Shown piece by piece: positions 1 through 9,002 of a DNA stretch of 23,039 bases (positions are counted from its first letter, which is position 1; each line of letters begins with the position of its first letter). This DNA comes from Candidatus Coprovivens sp. (GTDB lineage Bacteria > Bacillota_I > Bacilli_A > RF39 > UBA660). The position numbers were made by a program, and so were the translations under genes. Under the pieces are notes generated by a model. It searched no databases, had not been told where the DNA came from, and saw nothing but the letters and a program-made list of their open reading frames with translations. Where the stretch lies: the NCBI GenBank assembly GCA_051892935.1, contig JBJFGS010000015.1:1-23039 (forward strand), given 5' to 3'.

Positions 1-59
1 GTTTGATGTCCAAAATGAACTCCAGCTTCTAATAAATAACTTAAAGAAACTACGGCCAT
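1..59 (-). CDS. rpsB: 30S ribosomal protein S2, 5' end (runs off the window)
   Basis: Reverse complement from ATG at 59 reads MAVVSLSYLLEAGVHFGHQ, containing the S2 signature LLEAGVHFGHQ. SD AAGGAGGG lies just upstream. Not in the ORF track. Confidence 0.97.
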   Translation of the reverse strand, partial: MAVVSLSYLLEAGVHFGHQ

Positions 60-166
60 AAAAAATTCCCTCCTTCGTTATACATCTGCCCGCTTCAACT
101 TTATTGCTCACCTCTTCGGCACTCGAGTAATAAATCCACGTTCATGTTTATTTGCTTTTTAAAGCC
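60..166 (-). ncRNA. rpsB 5' leader (t44-like S2 autoregulatory RNA)
   Basis: About 105-nt GC-enriched leader between promoter and rpsB. Stem UUUAUUACUC (134-125) pairs with GAGCAAUAAA (109-100) around GAGUGCC-GAAGA-GGU, resembling the GGGUGCC core of the known rpsB/t44 leader. Boundaries approximate. Confidence 0.7.
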
Positions 167-172
167 GCAATT

Positions 173-201
173 ATTGTATCAAAAAAAAGTACTATAAACA
201 A
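173..201 (-). promoter_or_regulatory. sigma-A promoter of rpsB
   Basis: TTGTTT (201-196), 17-bp spacer, TG-n-TACAAT (178-173). Confidence 0.7.
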
Positions 202-209
202 GTACTTTT
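181..209 (-). terminator. Intrinsic terminator of the 284..1009 gene, overlapping the rpsB -35 element
   Basis: Minus strand AAAAGTACT-TGTTTAT-AGTACTTTT followed by further Ts. Confidence 0.6.
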
Positions 210-283
210 CGGTTTTTTTCCTAACTTTTTCGGAATAATTTATAATGTTAATAATTTTTTATTATATTATAAATATAATAGAA

Positions 284-1009
284 TTATTTCTTTCTTGGAA
301 CTAATCTAAATGTTGCTTCACAAAAACCATTTTCATTTAATTGAGCATTATCTTCAACATCACATATTAGTGTTGTTCCATATATATTTTCATATGGTAA
401 TGTATCAATTTCTTCAACGTTAACTAGTTCAAAACTGTCTACATTAATTATTTGAATATTGCTATAATCACTTTGGCTATTAGCTGGAACAATTTTTGTT
501 ACAGTTCCTGTTGTTGTTTTAACATATGAACCATTTTCTAATGTATAGCCAGCTGGGGCCATATATATTGTTGTTCCATTATATTCTTGAGCAATTGGTT
601 CAGCTGTTTCTTTTCTTGTTATTTCATATGTTAGAATAGCAATTTTTGATCCATCATTAGTATAATAAGTATTATCTATAACACAATATGCAGCACTGGC
701 AGCTTGTAATTGTTCTACAAGTTTTTCACCTTCACAGAATTCTTCGTCATATGCTTTATCTATTAAGAAAGTTTTTGGAACGGTAACTAGATAGTCTTTA
801 TCAATGTAGTTTGCAACTATACTTTCTGCTCTTTTTGTTTCTCTATAATCATTTACAGCTTCTATTCCTTTATATACACCTAATGCTGTTAATCCTAGCA
901 TACCTAATATAGTAATTGTTGCTAGGACTTTTTTAGCTCCTGTGTGGTTTTTAGGCTCTTGTTTTATTTCTTGTTTTGGTTCTTCAAAACTATAATTTTC
1001 TTCTTCCAT
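284..1009 (-). CDS. Hypothetical protein with a single N-proximal transmembrane helix
   Basis: 241-aa ORF with SD AAGGGGG and its own promoter. Hydrophobic segment VLATITILGMLGLTALGVY. No family recognised. Ends RLVPRKK. Confidence 0.85.
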   Translation of the reverse strand: MEEENYSFEEPKQEIKQEPKNHTGAKKVLATITILGMLGLTALGVYKGIEAVNDYRETKRAESIVANYIDKDYLVTVPKTFLIDKAYDEEFCEGEKLVEQLQAASAAYCVIDNTYYTNDGSKIAILTYEITRKETAEPIAQEYNGTTIYMAPAGYTLENGSYVKTTTGTVTKIVPANSQSDYSNIQIINVDSFELVNVEEIDTLPYENIYGTTLICDVEDNAQLNENGFCEATFRLVPRKK

Positions 1010-1039
1010 TTTAAATCCCCCTTTTTTATAAGTGTTTTA

Positions 1040-1068
1040 ATATTACTATATTTGATAAAATATGTCAA
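1040..1068 (-). promoter_or_regulatory. sigma-A promoter of the 284..1009 gene
   Basis: TTGACA (1068-1063), 17-bp spacer, TAATAT (1045-1040). Confidence 0.7.
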
Positions 1069-1145
1069 ATTTTGATTAAATATTTTTAGTTTATTATTTT
1101 TTGATATTCTTCAGTTAATATTATTTTATTCTAGTCTAACTAGAG

Positions 1146-1838
1146 TTATTTATAAATTAATACTTCAATAATGAATCCACCTTTTTTAGTAGTTTTTACT
1201 ACTTTAGAAAATTTATATTTACCATATTTTCTAATACTGAATATATCGTTTTCTTTTAAAGTACGAGTTGGTTTTATGTCTTCTTCATAATTAAGAAGTA
1301 TTTCTTTATTAATAAATTTATCTAGTATTTGGTTTCTACTATTATTCGTTATAGTACTTATTACATTATCTATTCTTAATGATGTTACTATAAATTGTTT
1401 AGATATATATTCTTGTTTAAATTTTTCAGTTAATAGAATATCTTCTTCTATTAAGTCTATCTTATTATTCTTAATATCTGTTAAATTATATTTAAAATAA
1501 TCTACTAAATGTGGTAATAAGAATATATAAAATGAATCTTGGTATTTAACTATGTCACCAAAAGTATCTTCTTTTAAACCTAATGAAAATATTGTACCTA
1601 ATATATCTTGGTGACGTAATTCTACTTTAGAATCTATTCTAAATAGTTTTATTTCTGGAATATTCTTTTTATATAGTATTACTTTAGTGCAATCTTTGTA
1701 TGGTTCATATATTTTGTATTCATTTTTATTTAGTTTACCTTTTATAAGTTTTAAATCAGTTGGTACTATAAAATTTGTATATCCCTTGTTATATAAAGAA
1801 TCTATTATTTTTTCTATATTATAATTATTTGATTTCAT
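1146..1838 (-). CDS. ylmH: YlmH/Sll1252-family S4-domain RNA-binding protein
   Basis: Motifs LRHQDILGTIFSLGLKEDTFGDI, SLRIDNVIS (S4 domain) and DIFSIRKYGKYKF are typical of YlmH. Confidence 0.88.
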   Translation of the reverse strand: MKSNNYNIEKIIDSLYNKGYTNFIVPTDLKLIKGKLNKNEYKIYEPYKDCTKVILYKKNIPEIKLFRIDSKVELRHQDILGTIFSLGLKEDTFGDIVKYQDSFYIFLLPHLVDYFKYNLTDIKNNKIDLIEEDILLTEKFKQEYISKQFIVTSLRIDNVISTITNNSRNQILDKFINKEILLNYEEDIKPTRTLKENDIFSIRKYGKYKFSKVVKTTKKGGFIIEVLIYK

Positions 1839-2331
1839 TATTATGTCTTCTTACAATTTTATATATTAAATCATTTATTATTTTACTTAGAAATACTATT
1901 ATATAATTAAAGAAACTATATCCGAAAAATATGTAGTAAGTAAGTGTATGGTTATTAGTTGTTAGATAATAAGATATTGTTAATAGGACAATAAATAGAA
2001 TTATTAAAATAGTAGTTATATCTTTATTTCCTATTTTATATTCAATGTTATTTTTATCATAGTATCTATTAAAAAATAAATATAAATTTATAGATCCAAA
2101 TAATAGTACTTCTACTAACCAAATTTGGTTAGCTTTGTAATAGTTTATTGAAAAATAAACAAATATGCCTATTAATATTAAATTTTCAAAGTGAAATATC
2201 TTAAAGAAGTTATTTTTTATCCAAGTAAAACATAATTTATTATCGTTTAAGTCTTTAATAGCGCTTTTACATAGTGATGCAAAATATAAAAGCCATGGAA
2301 TAAAAGTTAATAATACAATTAATTTAGTCAT
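1825..2331 (-). CDS. Hypothetical integral membrane protein (about 5 TM helices)
   Basis: 168-aa hydrophobic ORF with SD GAGGTG. Overlaps the ylmH start by 14 bp, suggesting translational coupling. Confidence 0.8.
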   Translation of the reverse strand: MTKLIVLLTFIPWLLYFASLCKSAIKDLNDNKLCFTWIKNNFFKIFHFENLILIGIFVYFSINYYKANQIWLVEVLLFGSINLYLFFNRYYDKNNIEYKIGNKDITTILIILFIVLLTISYYLTTNNHTLTYYIFFGYSFFNYIIVFLSKIINDLIYKIVRRHNNEIK

Positions 2332-2397
2332 AATTACACCTCTTTTTACTAAATTTATTATATTATAATTATTCTTTTGTTCAATACTTTGTTAAAG

Positions 2398-2625
2398 TTA
2401 CTTTACAATTAGTTTTCCACTATATTTTGACTTGTAATCATTTATTAAGTCTTGTAATAATGATATATCATAATAAGTGTCATTTAATATATTAATTTCT
2501 ATATTGTTAATATGATATGAATCTAAAATACGATACATTCTTCTTTGTAGATTCTTTATTAAGGTAAAATTAATTCTATCTTCAATATTTATATACAATG
2601 TATTATCAGTATAAATCATTTCCAT
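2398..2625 (-). CDS. Small hypothetical protein
   Basis: 75-aa ORF with SD GGTGA 5 nt upstream of ATG. Function not recognised. Confidence 0.7.
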   Translation of the reverse strand: MEMIYTDNTLYINIEDRINFTLIKNLQRRMYRILDSYHINNIEINILNDTYYDISLLQDLINDYKSKYSGKLIVK

Positions 2626-2726
2626 ATTATCACCGTTACAAATATAACAAAATTATTAAATTGATACTATGACTTCGACAAAATATGTAAAAAGTTGTAT
2701 ATTTTTAGAAGAGATTATAATATTTT

Positions 2727-2735
2727 TGATATAAT
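2727..2735 (+). promoter_or_regulatory. Extended -10 promoter of murT-gatD
   Basis: TG-a-TATAAT just upstream of SD AGGTGA, implying a very short leader. Confidence 0.55.
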
Positions 2736-2751
2736 TTACTTAGGTGATTTT

Positions 2752-4101
2752 ATGAAACTAAGTATAATGATATTTATTAATAAACTTATTACTAAAATAT
2801 GTAAATTATTTAAGAGGAATGGGTCTGTTTATCCAGGATTTATTATTTATGATGTACTAAAGCAAAAAAAGATATTAGAAAAAGTTAAATATCCTAAATT
2901 GGTAATAGCTATTACAGGTTCTTCTGGTAAAGGTTCTACTACTCATCTTGTTAATCATATATTAACAGATGCTGGATATGATGTTTGTTATAATGCTAAT
3001 GGTAGTAATGGAGTTTTAGCTGCTACCACTTTAATTTTAAATAATTGTAATTTAAAAGGTGAATTCCTTCATGATGTATTATTACTTGAATGTGATGAGA
3101 GACATTTAAAATTAATATTTGGAAAAAACAAAATGACACATTTAATTGTTACTAATGTTACAAGAGATCAACCAGCTAGAAATGGTGATCCTGATATAGT
3201 GTTTAATGATATATTAAAAGCTATTGGTAAAGATACTAAATTAATAATTAATAAAGATGATCCTTTAGTTAATAGACTTTCTTATTTATTTGATAATGAT
3301 TATGTTAGTTATGGAGTTGCTAAAACAAATGATAGTTATTTAAAATCTAGTATAGAGGCAGTTGATTATGCATATTGTCCTAAGTGTCATAAAAAATTAC
3401 AATATGAATATTATCATTATGGACATATAGGTGATTATACTTGTCCTAATTGTGATTTTAAAAGAGGTAAAGTTGATTATGAAGTAACAAATGTCGATTT
3501 TAAGAAACATAGTATTAAGATTAATGATAATGACATATATTTGAATAAAGATGTATTATATGCTGTTTATTATACTGTAGCTGCTTATGCTTTATGTAAG
3601 TCAATTGGATTAAGCGATGAAGTTTTAAATGAGGCTATTAATGGAGATAAATTAGTTTCTAAAAGAGGTAAAGTGTTTAATTTAGATGGAAGAAATTTAA
3701 CAATGTTAGAAACTAAGAATGAAAATAACCTTTCTTATTATCAATCTATTAGATATATTAAGAATCAAAGCGGTAAAAAGACTATTATATTAGGTTTTGA
3801 TAATGTGTCTAGGAGATATCAATTTAATGATTTATCTTGGTTATGGGATGTTGAATTTGAATTATTAAACGATAAAAATATTGATAAGATATTTTGTATT
3901 GGTAGATTTAAATATGATGTTGTTACAAGGTTAGAATTTGCAGGTATTAATAGTGATAAAATTGTATTAGTTAAAGATTTAAATAAACTTATAACAATGG
4001 TTAAAAATGATTCTGTTGGTGATATATTTACGATGGTATGCTTTGATATGACTGCAAATATTCTTAAATTAATTGAGGATGATGAAAATGAAAAAAATTA
4101 A
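2752..4101 (+). CDS. murT: MurT-family Mur ligase (lipid II isoglutaminyl synthase subunit, DUF1727 C-terminus)
   Basis: P-loop ITGSSGKGSTT, ECDE, NVTRDQPARNG, Cys4 zinc finger (CPKC...CPNC) and DLSWLWD motif. Start moved from TTG 2695 to ATG 2752 because SD AGGTGA precedes it. Confidence 0.9.
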   Translation: MKLSIMIFINKLITKICKLFKRNGSVYPGFIIYDVLKQKKILEKVKYPKLVIAITGSSGKGSTTHLVNHILTDAGYDVCYNANGSNGVLAATTLILNNCNLKGEFLHDVLLLECDERHLKLIFGKNKMTHLIVTNVTRDQPARNGDPDIVFNDILKAIGKDTKLIINKDDPLVNRLSYLFDNDYVSYGVAKTNDSYLKSSIEAVDYAYCPKCHKKLQYEYYHYGHIGDYTCPNCDFKRGKVDYEVTNVDFKKHSIKINDNDIYLNKDVLYAVYYTVAAYALCKSIGLSDEVLNEAINGDKLVSKRGKVFNLDGRNLTMLETKNENNLSYYQSIRYIKNQSGKKTIILGFDNVSRRYQFNDLSWLWDVEFELLNDKNIDKIFCIGRFKYDVVTRLEFAGINSDKIVLVKDLNKLITMVKNDSVGDIFTMVCFDMTANILKLIEDDENEKN

Positions 4102-4810
4102 AATTGCTCATTTGTATTATGATTTAATGAATTTATATGGAGAAAATGGAAATGTTAGATATTTAAAGAAGAAATTAGAACAACAAGGATTTAATGTAGA
4201 AGTTTATTTTCTAACAGTTGATGAAATTATTGATTTTTCTAAATATGATTTTTATTATATTGGTACTGGTAGTGATGATAATAAACAAATAGTACTTAAG
4301 GATATAATAAAATATAAAAACGATATTAAAGAAGCTATAAATAATGGAAAACACTTCTTAGTTACTGGTAATGCTTTAGATTTATTTGGGGAAGGTATTA
4401 TTAGTTTAGATAATGAATTAAGTGTTGCTTTAGAAACTTTTAGGTTTCAAGTTAAAGAAGAAGATTTTAGAATAGTTGGAGAGCAATACTACTCTACTTC
4501 ATTTACTGATAAAAAAGTTATAGGATTTCAGAATAGAGATTCTGTTATGATAAATGTTAAAGAAGAAAAATTATTTGATGTAATTAAAGGAACTGGTTAT
4601 AAACCTAATGATGGTACGGAAGGTATTCATCTTAATAATTTTTTTGGTACTTATTTATTAGGTCCTATATTAGTTAGAAATCCTTATTTTACTGATTATA
4701 TTGTTAAAGGATTATGTGATACTTTAGGATGTGAGTATAAAGAAGATAAAAATGATATAGCTTATAAAGCATATGATGAATACTTAAAAAATTTTTATGA
4801 GAATCAATAG
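4088..4810 (+). CDS. gatD: GatD/CobQ-like class I glutamine amidotransferase homolog lacking catalytic Cys and His
   Basis: HLYYDLMNLYGENGN, GFQNR and GTYLLGPILVRNP match GatD, and the gene overlaps the murT end. Catalytic motifs are degenerate (see findings). Start 4088 chosen from SD GAGGA; 4082 is possible. Confidence 0.85.
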   Translation: MKKIKIAHLYYDLMNLYGENGNVRYLKKKLEQQGFNVEVYFLTVDEIIDFSKYDFYYIGTGSDDNKQIVLKDIIKYKNDIKEAINNGKHFLVTGNALDLFGEGIISLDNELSVALETFRFQVKEEDFRIVGEQYYSTSFTDKKVIGFQNRDSVMINVKEEKLFDVIKGTGYKPNDGTEGIHLNNFFGTYLLGPILVRNPYFTDYIVKGLCDTLGCEYKEDKNDIAYKAYDEYLKNFYENQ

Positions 4811-4821
4811 ATTCTCTTTTT
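4799..4821 (+). terminator. Intrinsic terminator containing the gatD stop codon
   Basis: GAGAATC-AATA-GATTCTC-TTTTT, with TAG at 4808-4810. Confidence 0.75.
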
Positions 4822-4875
4822 CTTTACTTTTTTAACTTTATTTAGTATTATATCTGTACTTTTGGGGTGATTTAA

Positions 4876-5571
4876 ATGAGTAAAGATCATTTGAGTGCTA
4901 AAGATAGAGAACGTAGGAAGGTTACAATTCTCCTTCATGGAGCTTTAACTACTATACTCAATGCTTTAGAAATAAAAGATTATCCAAATATTATTGTTAG
5001 TACAAATACTTCTAATTTAAGTAATATATTATTTGATGAAAATAAATTTATGGAACAGTTTATATTAATGTTTCAAGATGAAGATAGAAAATTAACTGTA
5101 TTTGATAAAGCACTTTGTTTAGCTATGGCTTTAGAAAGAAATAAAGTTATTACTACTAAAAATTTGAAAGGTAGAGTTCCTAAGAGATTAACAAATTTAA
5201 ATGAAAAACTTATCACTGAAGCTGTGCTTGGTTATATTGGACATTCTAGTTATCATGTTAGAAGAACTGATATTCAAGGAGATTTTTCATATGATGGTTT
5301 TCAAAATGGGCATAAGACTGAGTTAAAACATTTGAAAGATATGCTAATTGAAGAATTCGTTAATGTTAATTTTGATTATAATAAATGTCTTGTTTTACTA
5401 TATGATGTTTATTTTAGGGGTGTTTGCTATGGTGAGGGGCTTTCTTCTGAAATGATTACTGATTTAAGAAAGAAGACTACTATTATGGAAAGATACGATT
5501 CACCAGTAGTTAGTGTTCAAAAATCTAATACATATAGTGAGTTTAGGAAAAATTTTAGAAATATGAAATAA
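4876..5571 (+). CDS. Hypothetical protein
   Basis: 231-aa ORF with SD GGGGTG. No confident family assignment. Confidence 0.8.
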   Translation: MSKDHLSAKDRERRKVTILLHGALTTILNALEIKDYPNIIVSTNTSNLSNILFDENKFMEQFILMFQDEDRKLTVFDKALCLAMALERNKVITTKNLKGRVPKRLTNLNEKLITEAVLGYIGHSSYHVRRTDIQGDFSYDGFQNGHKTELKHLKDMLIEEFVNVNFDYNKCLVLLYDVYFRGVCYGEGLSSEMITDLRKKTTIMERYDSPVVSVQKSNTYSEFRKNFRNMK

Positions 5572-5600
5572 AAAATACTGATTGTTTAATCAGTATTTTT
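5571..5600. terminator. Bidirectional terminator containing the queH stop codon
   Basis: AAAAATACTGATT-GTTT-AATCAGTATTTTT (13-bp perfect stem) between convergent genes. Confidence 0.85.
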
Positions 5601-6221
5601 GTTTGCTTTTTTAAGCTCTCTTTGTTCTTTAGAATAAATACAGCCGCAATAGTCTTGTCTATATAAATTATATTCTTTTGATAGTTCTATACTATGTTTA
5701 TAGCCATTTTTTTTCTTGAAGTCAGAAAATAAGTATTTTATATTATATTTTTCACTTAGATATTTTCCTATTTCGTTTAATTTATTACTATTTTTTAAAG
5801 GACTTACAGTTAAAGTAGTTGCAAAATAATCATATTTTTTATCTTTGGCTATTTGAGCAGTCTTGTCTAGTCTTAAATAATAACATTTTATGCATCGTGC
5901 TCCGCCTTCTTTTTCTTTTTCTAAGCCTTTTATGGTTTGGTGAAACAATTCATTTTCATGGTCACAATCTATAATATCTAATTTGTTTTGACTCGGGAAT
6001 TCGTTTATGAAACGTATTTCTTCTTGTTTTCTTTTTTCATATTCTTCTTGTGGTTCGATGTTAGGATTATAATATAAAATTGTTATATCAAAATATGGTG
6101 TTAGTGTTGCTATAACATGAGAAGAACATGGGGCGCAGCAGGAATGCAAAAGAATAGAAGGTGTTTTTCCTTCTGCTACTATTTTTGATATTTCGTCTTC
6201 CATCACTTTATTGTAATTCAT
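5586..6221 (-). CDS. queH: Epoxyqueuosine reductase QueH (DUF208)
   Basis: LLHSCCAPCS, YYNPNI, EGGARCIKCY, TTLTVSPLK and YRQDYCGC motifs. Confidence 0.95.
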   Translation of the reverse strand: MNYNKVMEDEISKIVAEGKTPSILLHSCCAPCSSHVIATLTPYFDITILYYNPNIEPQEEYEKRKQEEIRFINEFPSQNKLDIIDCDHENELFHQTIKGLEKEKEGGARCIKCYYLRLDKTAQIAKDKKYDYFATTLTVSPLKNSNKLNEIGKYLSEKYNIKYLFSDFKKKNGYKHSIELSKEYNLYRQDYCGCIYSKEQRELKKANKNTD

Positions 6222-6232
6222 AATTACACCTA

Positions 6233-7018
6233 CTATTCTGTTGCTTCTTCTTTTTTTTGCTCTTCTTTAGTAATTTCCTCTTCTTTTATAGTATCATAAC
6301 TTTTAAATAATAATCTTTCATCTATTATAGTATCAAGATATACGATACCTTTAACTTTATCCATATCTAATGAAGCATATATAGTTGGATATTTATTTAA
6401 ATTCTTAATATTTAGAATATCTATCATTACAGTATTATCATCATTCATTTTTAATGTAAATAGTCCTTCATCTATAATAGTACCATCTTCAGCTTTATAT
6501 GGTGTGTATTCTATTTCATTTATCATTTTTATGATATTATAGTCTATCTTATTAAAACCGGCTACTAACTTATCAAATATTGTATCAGGTGTGAAATTAA
6601 TTAATGTTGGAACACCATAGTATTCATTTTTATTTTCTATTGATTCGTTATTTGAAGTTATGTATTTACTATTATATTTATAAAAGAATAAAATATTTGT
6701 TTCTTCTACTTTAATTGTTATTTTGCCAAAGGGATTTAATGATACTTTGGCACTTTTTATAAGTGGTAGATTTGTAATATTTTCTTCAATTTTTTTTAGT
6801 TTTATATCTTTTACTAATGGATAATCTTTTATATTAGCAGCTTCGATTATTTCAACATCTAAAACATTATTGTTACCACTTATATAGATATTTTTGATAT
6901 TTAGATTTAGATAGTAATAAATAAGTAAAGAGACAACACATAAGAATACTAGTATTTTGGCTAGTACTCTAACTTTTAGTTTTAGCTTTTTCTTTTTTGG
7001 TTGCCCCTTTTTTACCAT
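6233..7018 (-). CDS. ftsQ: Cell division protein FtsQ/DivIB
   Basis: Basic N-terminus, one TM helix, POTRA-like IKNIYISGNN...PLIKSAKV...ITIKVEE, directly after murB. Start moved to ATG 7018 (SD GGGAG). Confidence 0.82.
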   Translation of the reverse strand: MVKKGQPKKKKLKLKVRVLAKILVFLCVVSLLIYYYLNLNIKNIYISGNNNVLDVEIIEAANIKDYPLVKDIKLKKIEENITNLPLIKSAKVSLNPFGKITIKVEETNILFFYKYNSKYITSNNESIENKNEYYGVPTLINFTPDTIFDKLVAGFNKIDYNIIKMINEIEYTPYKAEDGTIIDEGLFTLKMNDDNTVMIDILNIKNLNKYPTIYASLDMDKVKGIVYLDTIIDERLLFKSYDTIKEEEITKEEQKKEEATE

Positions 7019-7023
7019 TGTAA

Positions 7024-7920
7024 TTACTCCCAATCTATAAATTCTTGTTCAATTAGTAAGTCGACATTTGTTTTTTCTAATACAACATTATGTACGTAAT
7101 TTATTAATTTATATACATCTTGGCTTGTTGCTGTTCCTTTGTTTATTATAAAGTTCGCATGTTTTTCTGATACCTCTGCTCCACCTATTTTGTATCCTTT
7201 AAGGTTACATGATTCGATAAGGCGACCTGCAAAATCTCCTTCAGGGTTTCTGAATACTGAACCTGCTGATGGATACTCTAATGGTTGTGATGCGATTCTT
7301 CTATTACGACGATCTTCTATAATGTCTAAGGAATTTTGCTTTTCTCCTTCTTTTAAGAAAAATTTTGCACCTAAGATAATATATTTTTTTTGTTCTTTAA
7401 ACATTGAAGTACGATATGAGTATTCTATATCTTCGTGTTCAATTGTTTTTATTTCTAGATTTTCATCTAGTACTGTTACTGATTTTACATAATCTAAAAT
7501 GCAAGCATTATATGCTCCGGCATTACCATATATAGAACCGCCTACTGTTCCAGGAATTCCTGCGGCGAATTCAAGGCCAGTTAATGATTTGTTTACACTT
7601 TCTGTTACTAATTTTGGTACCATTGCTCCAGCTTCAGCATAGGCCATTTGTAATTCTGGATGAATTTCTATTCCACATAATTTGTTTAATCTAATTACCG
7701 CTCCATCATATTCGCGATCATTTAATATTATGTTAGAACCATTGCCTAAAATAAAATACTTTATATTTTCTTCTTTTAATATTTTTATTACATTTATAAG
7801 GTCTGTTATTGAATTTGGAGATATTAATAATTTAGTTGTTCCTCCAATATGGTAAGTATTTAAATGTTTTAAAGTTGCATGTTCTTCTACTTCAGCTAAT
7901 TCTCTTAATTTATCTATCAT
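7024..7920 (-). CDS. murB: UDP-N-acetylenolpyruvoylglucosamine reductase
   Basis: LGNGSN, GLEFAAGIPGTVGG, QPLEYPSAGSVFRNP and SEKHANFIIN motifs. Confidence 0.98.
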   Translation of the reverse strand: MIDKLRELAEVEEHATLKHLNTYHIGGTTKLLISPNSITDLINVIKILKEENIKYFILGNGSNIILNDREYDGAVIRLNKLCGIEIHPELQMAYAEAGAMVPKLVTESVNKSLTGLEFAAGIPGTVGGSIYGNAGAYNACILDYVKSVTVLDENLEIKTIEHEDIEYSYRTSMFKEQKKYIILGAKFFLKEGEKQNSLDIIEDRRNRRIASQPLEYPSAGSVFRNPEGDFAGRLIESCNLKGYKIGGAEVSEKHANFIINKGTATSQDVYKLINYVHNVVLEKTNVDLLIEQEFIDWE

Positions 7921-9002
7921 TTTATCAAATCCTTTAATTTATTATATATTAAATCACTGCTATTATTCATACTCATTTTTTTTAGATTTTTTTTCATCTC
8001 ATTATATTTAGTTGAATCGTTTAGCACTTCATTAATAATACTAACCAATCCTTCTGATGTCAAATCTTTTTCTTCGATTACTTCACCGCCACCATTATTT
8101 TTGATTTCCATTGCATTATGATATTGATGGTTATTTGCTACATATGGAGATGGTATAAAGATAGCAGGAAGATTTAATGATAGTATTTCGCTCATTGTGG
8201 ATGCTCCAGCTCTTGTAACAATTAAATCGGTATTTTTTAGTAATGATGGTAGTCCATCTACATATGGAACTACTTTAACGTTTTTAGGAAATTTATTATC
8301 TTTTATAAAATCATCATATAATGATTTACCTGTTATATATAATACTTCATAGTCGTATTCTGAGGCTTTTGTTAAAAATTCTCTCATTTTCTCATTTATA
8401 GTTGCAGAACCAAGAGACCCTGCTACTATAACTACTAGTTTTTTATCTTTGGATAAGCCTAACTTTGACTTTGGCATTGGTTCTGCTAGTAGAGCACTTT
8501 CTCCACAAGGATTTCCTGAATAAAACACTTCGCCTTTTGGATTATTAAATTTACTAATACTATCTTTAAAGGATACTCCTATTAAATCTGCTTTTTTTTG
8601 TAACATTAAATTAGATTTACCAGGAATACTATTTTGTTCATGAATAAATGTTTTTATTCCTAATTTATTAGCAGCCCATATAACTGGATATGTTACATAT
8701 CCTCCGATACCTAATACTAAATCTGGTTTAAATCCTTTCATAATATTAAGACATTTCTTTTTAGCTTTTCTTATTAAAGAAATGTTTTTTATATCTAGTA
8801 ATATGTCTCTTTTAGAAAAGCCATATATTTCTATTTCTTCATATTTAATTCCTCTTTTAGGAATTATATCTTTTTCCATTCTATTATGTGTTCCGATATA
8901 TAAAATTTCTAATTCTTTTTCTTTTTCTTTAAATTTATTTATTATTGCTAAAGCTGGATATATATGTCCTCCTGTACCTCCTGCTGATACGATTATTTTC
9001 AT
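7917..9002 (-). CDS. murG: Undecaprenyl-PP-MurNAc-pentapeptide GlcNAc transferase
   Basis: GGTGGHIYPA, GGYV, HEQNSIPG, GSLGS, RAGAST and HQYHNA motifs. Start ATG 9002 after SD AGGTGA. Confidence 0.98.
   Translation of the reverse strand: MKIIVSAGGTGGHIYPALAIINKFKEKEKELEILYIGTHNRMEKDIIPKRGIKYEEIEIYGFSKRDILLDIKNISLIRKAKKKCLNIMKGFKPDLVLGIGGYVTYPVIWAANKLGIKTFIHEQNSIPGKSNLMLQKKADLIGVSFKDSISKFNNPKGEVFYSGNPCGESALLAEPMPKSKLGLSKDKKLVVIVAGSLGSATINEKMREFLTKASEYDYEVLYITGKSLYDDFIKDNKFPKNVKVVPYVDGLPSLLKNTDLIVTRAGASTMSEILSLNLPAIFIPSPYVANNHQYHNAMEIKNNGGGEVIEEKDLTSEGLVSIINEVLNDSTKYNEMKKNLKKMSMNNSSDLIYNKLKDLIK

Noticed and set aside
2674-2680. Perfect Spo0A box (TGTCGAA on the minus strand) in the divergent region before murT
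   Set aside because: It is a single 7-mer, and the same word also occurs inside coding sequences in this window (near 10727, 21252 and 22077), so it is not distinguishable from chance.
4876-5571. Faint Fic/Doc-like pattern (KALCLAMALERNKVI...NEKL)
   Set aside because: No His or GN catalytic motif. Too weak to call without a profile search.
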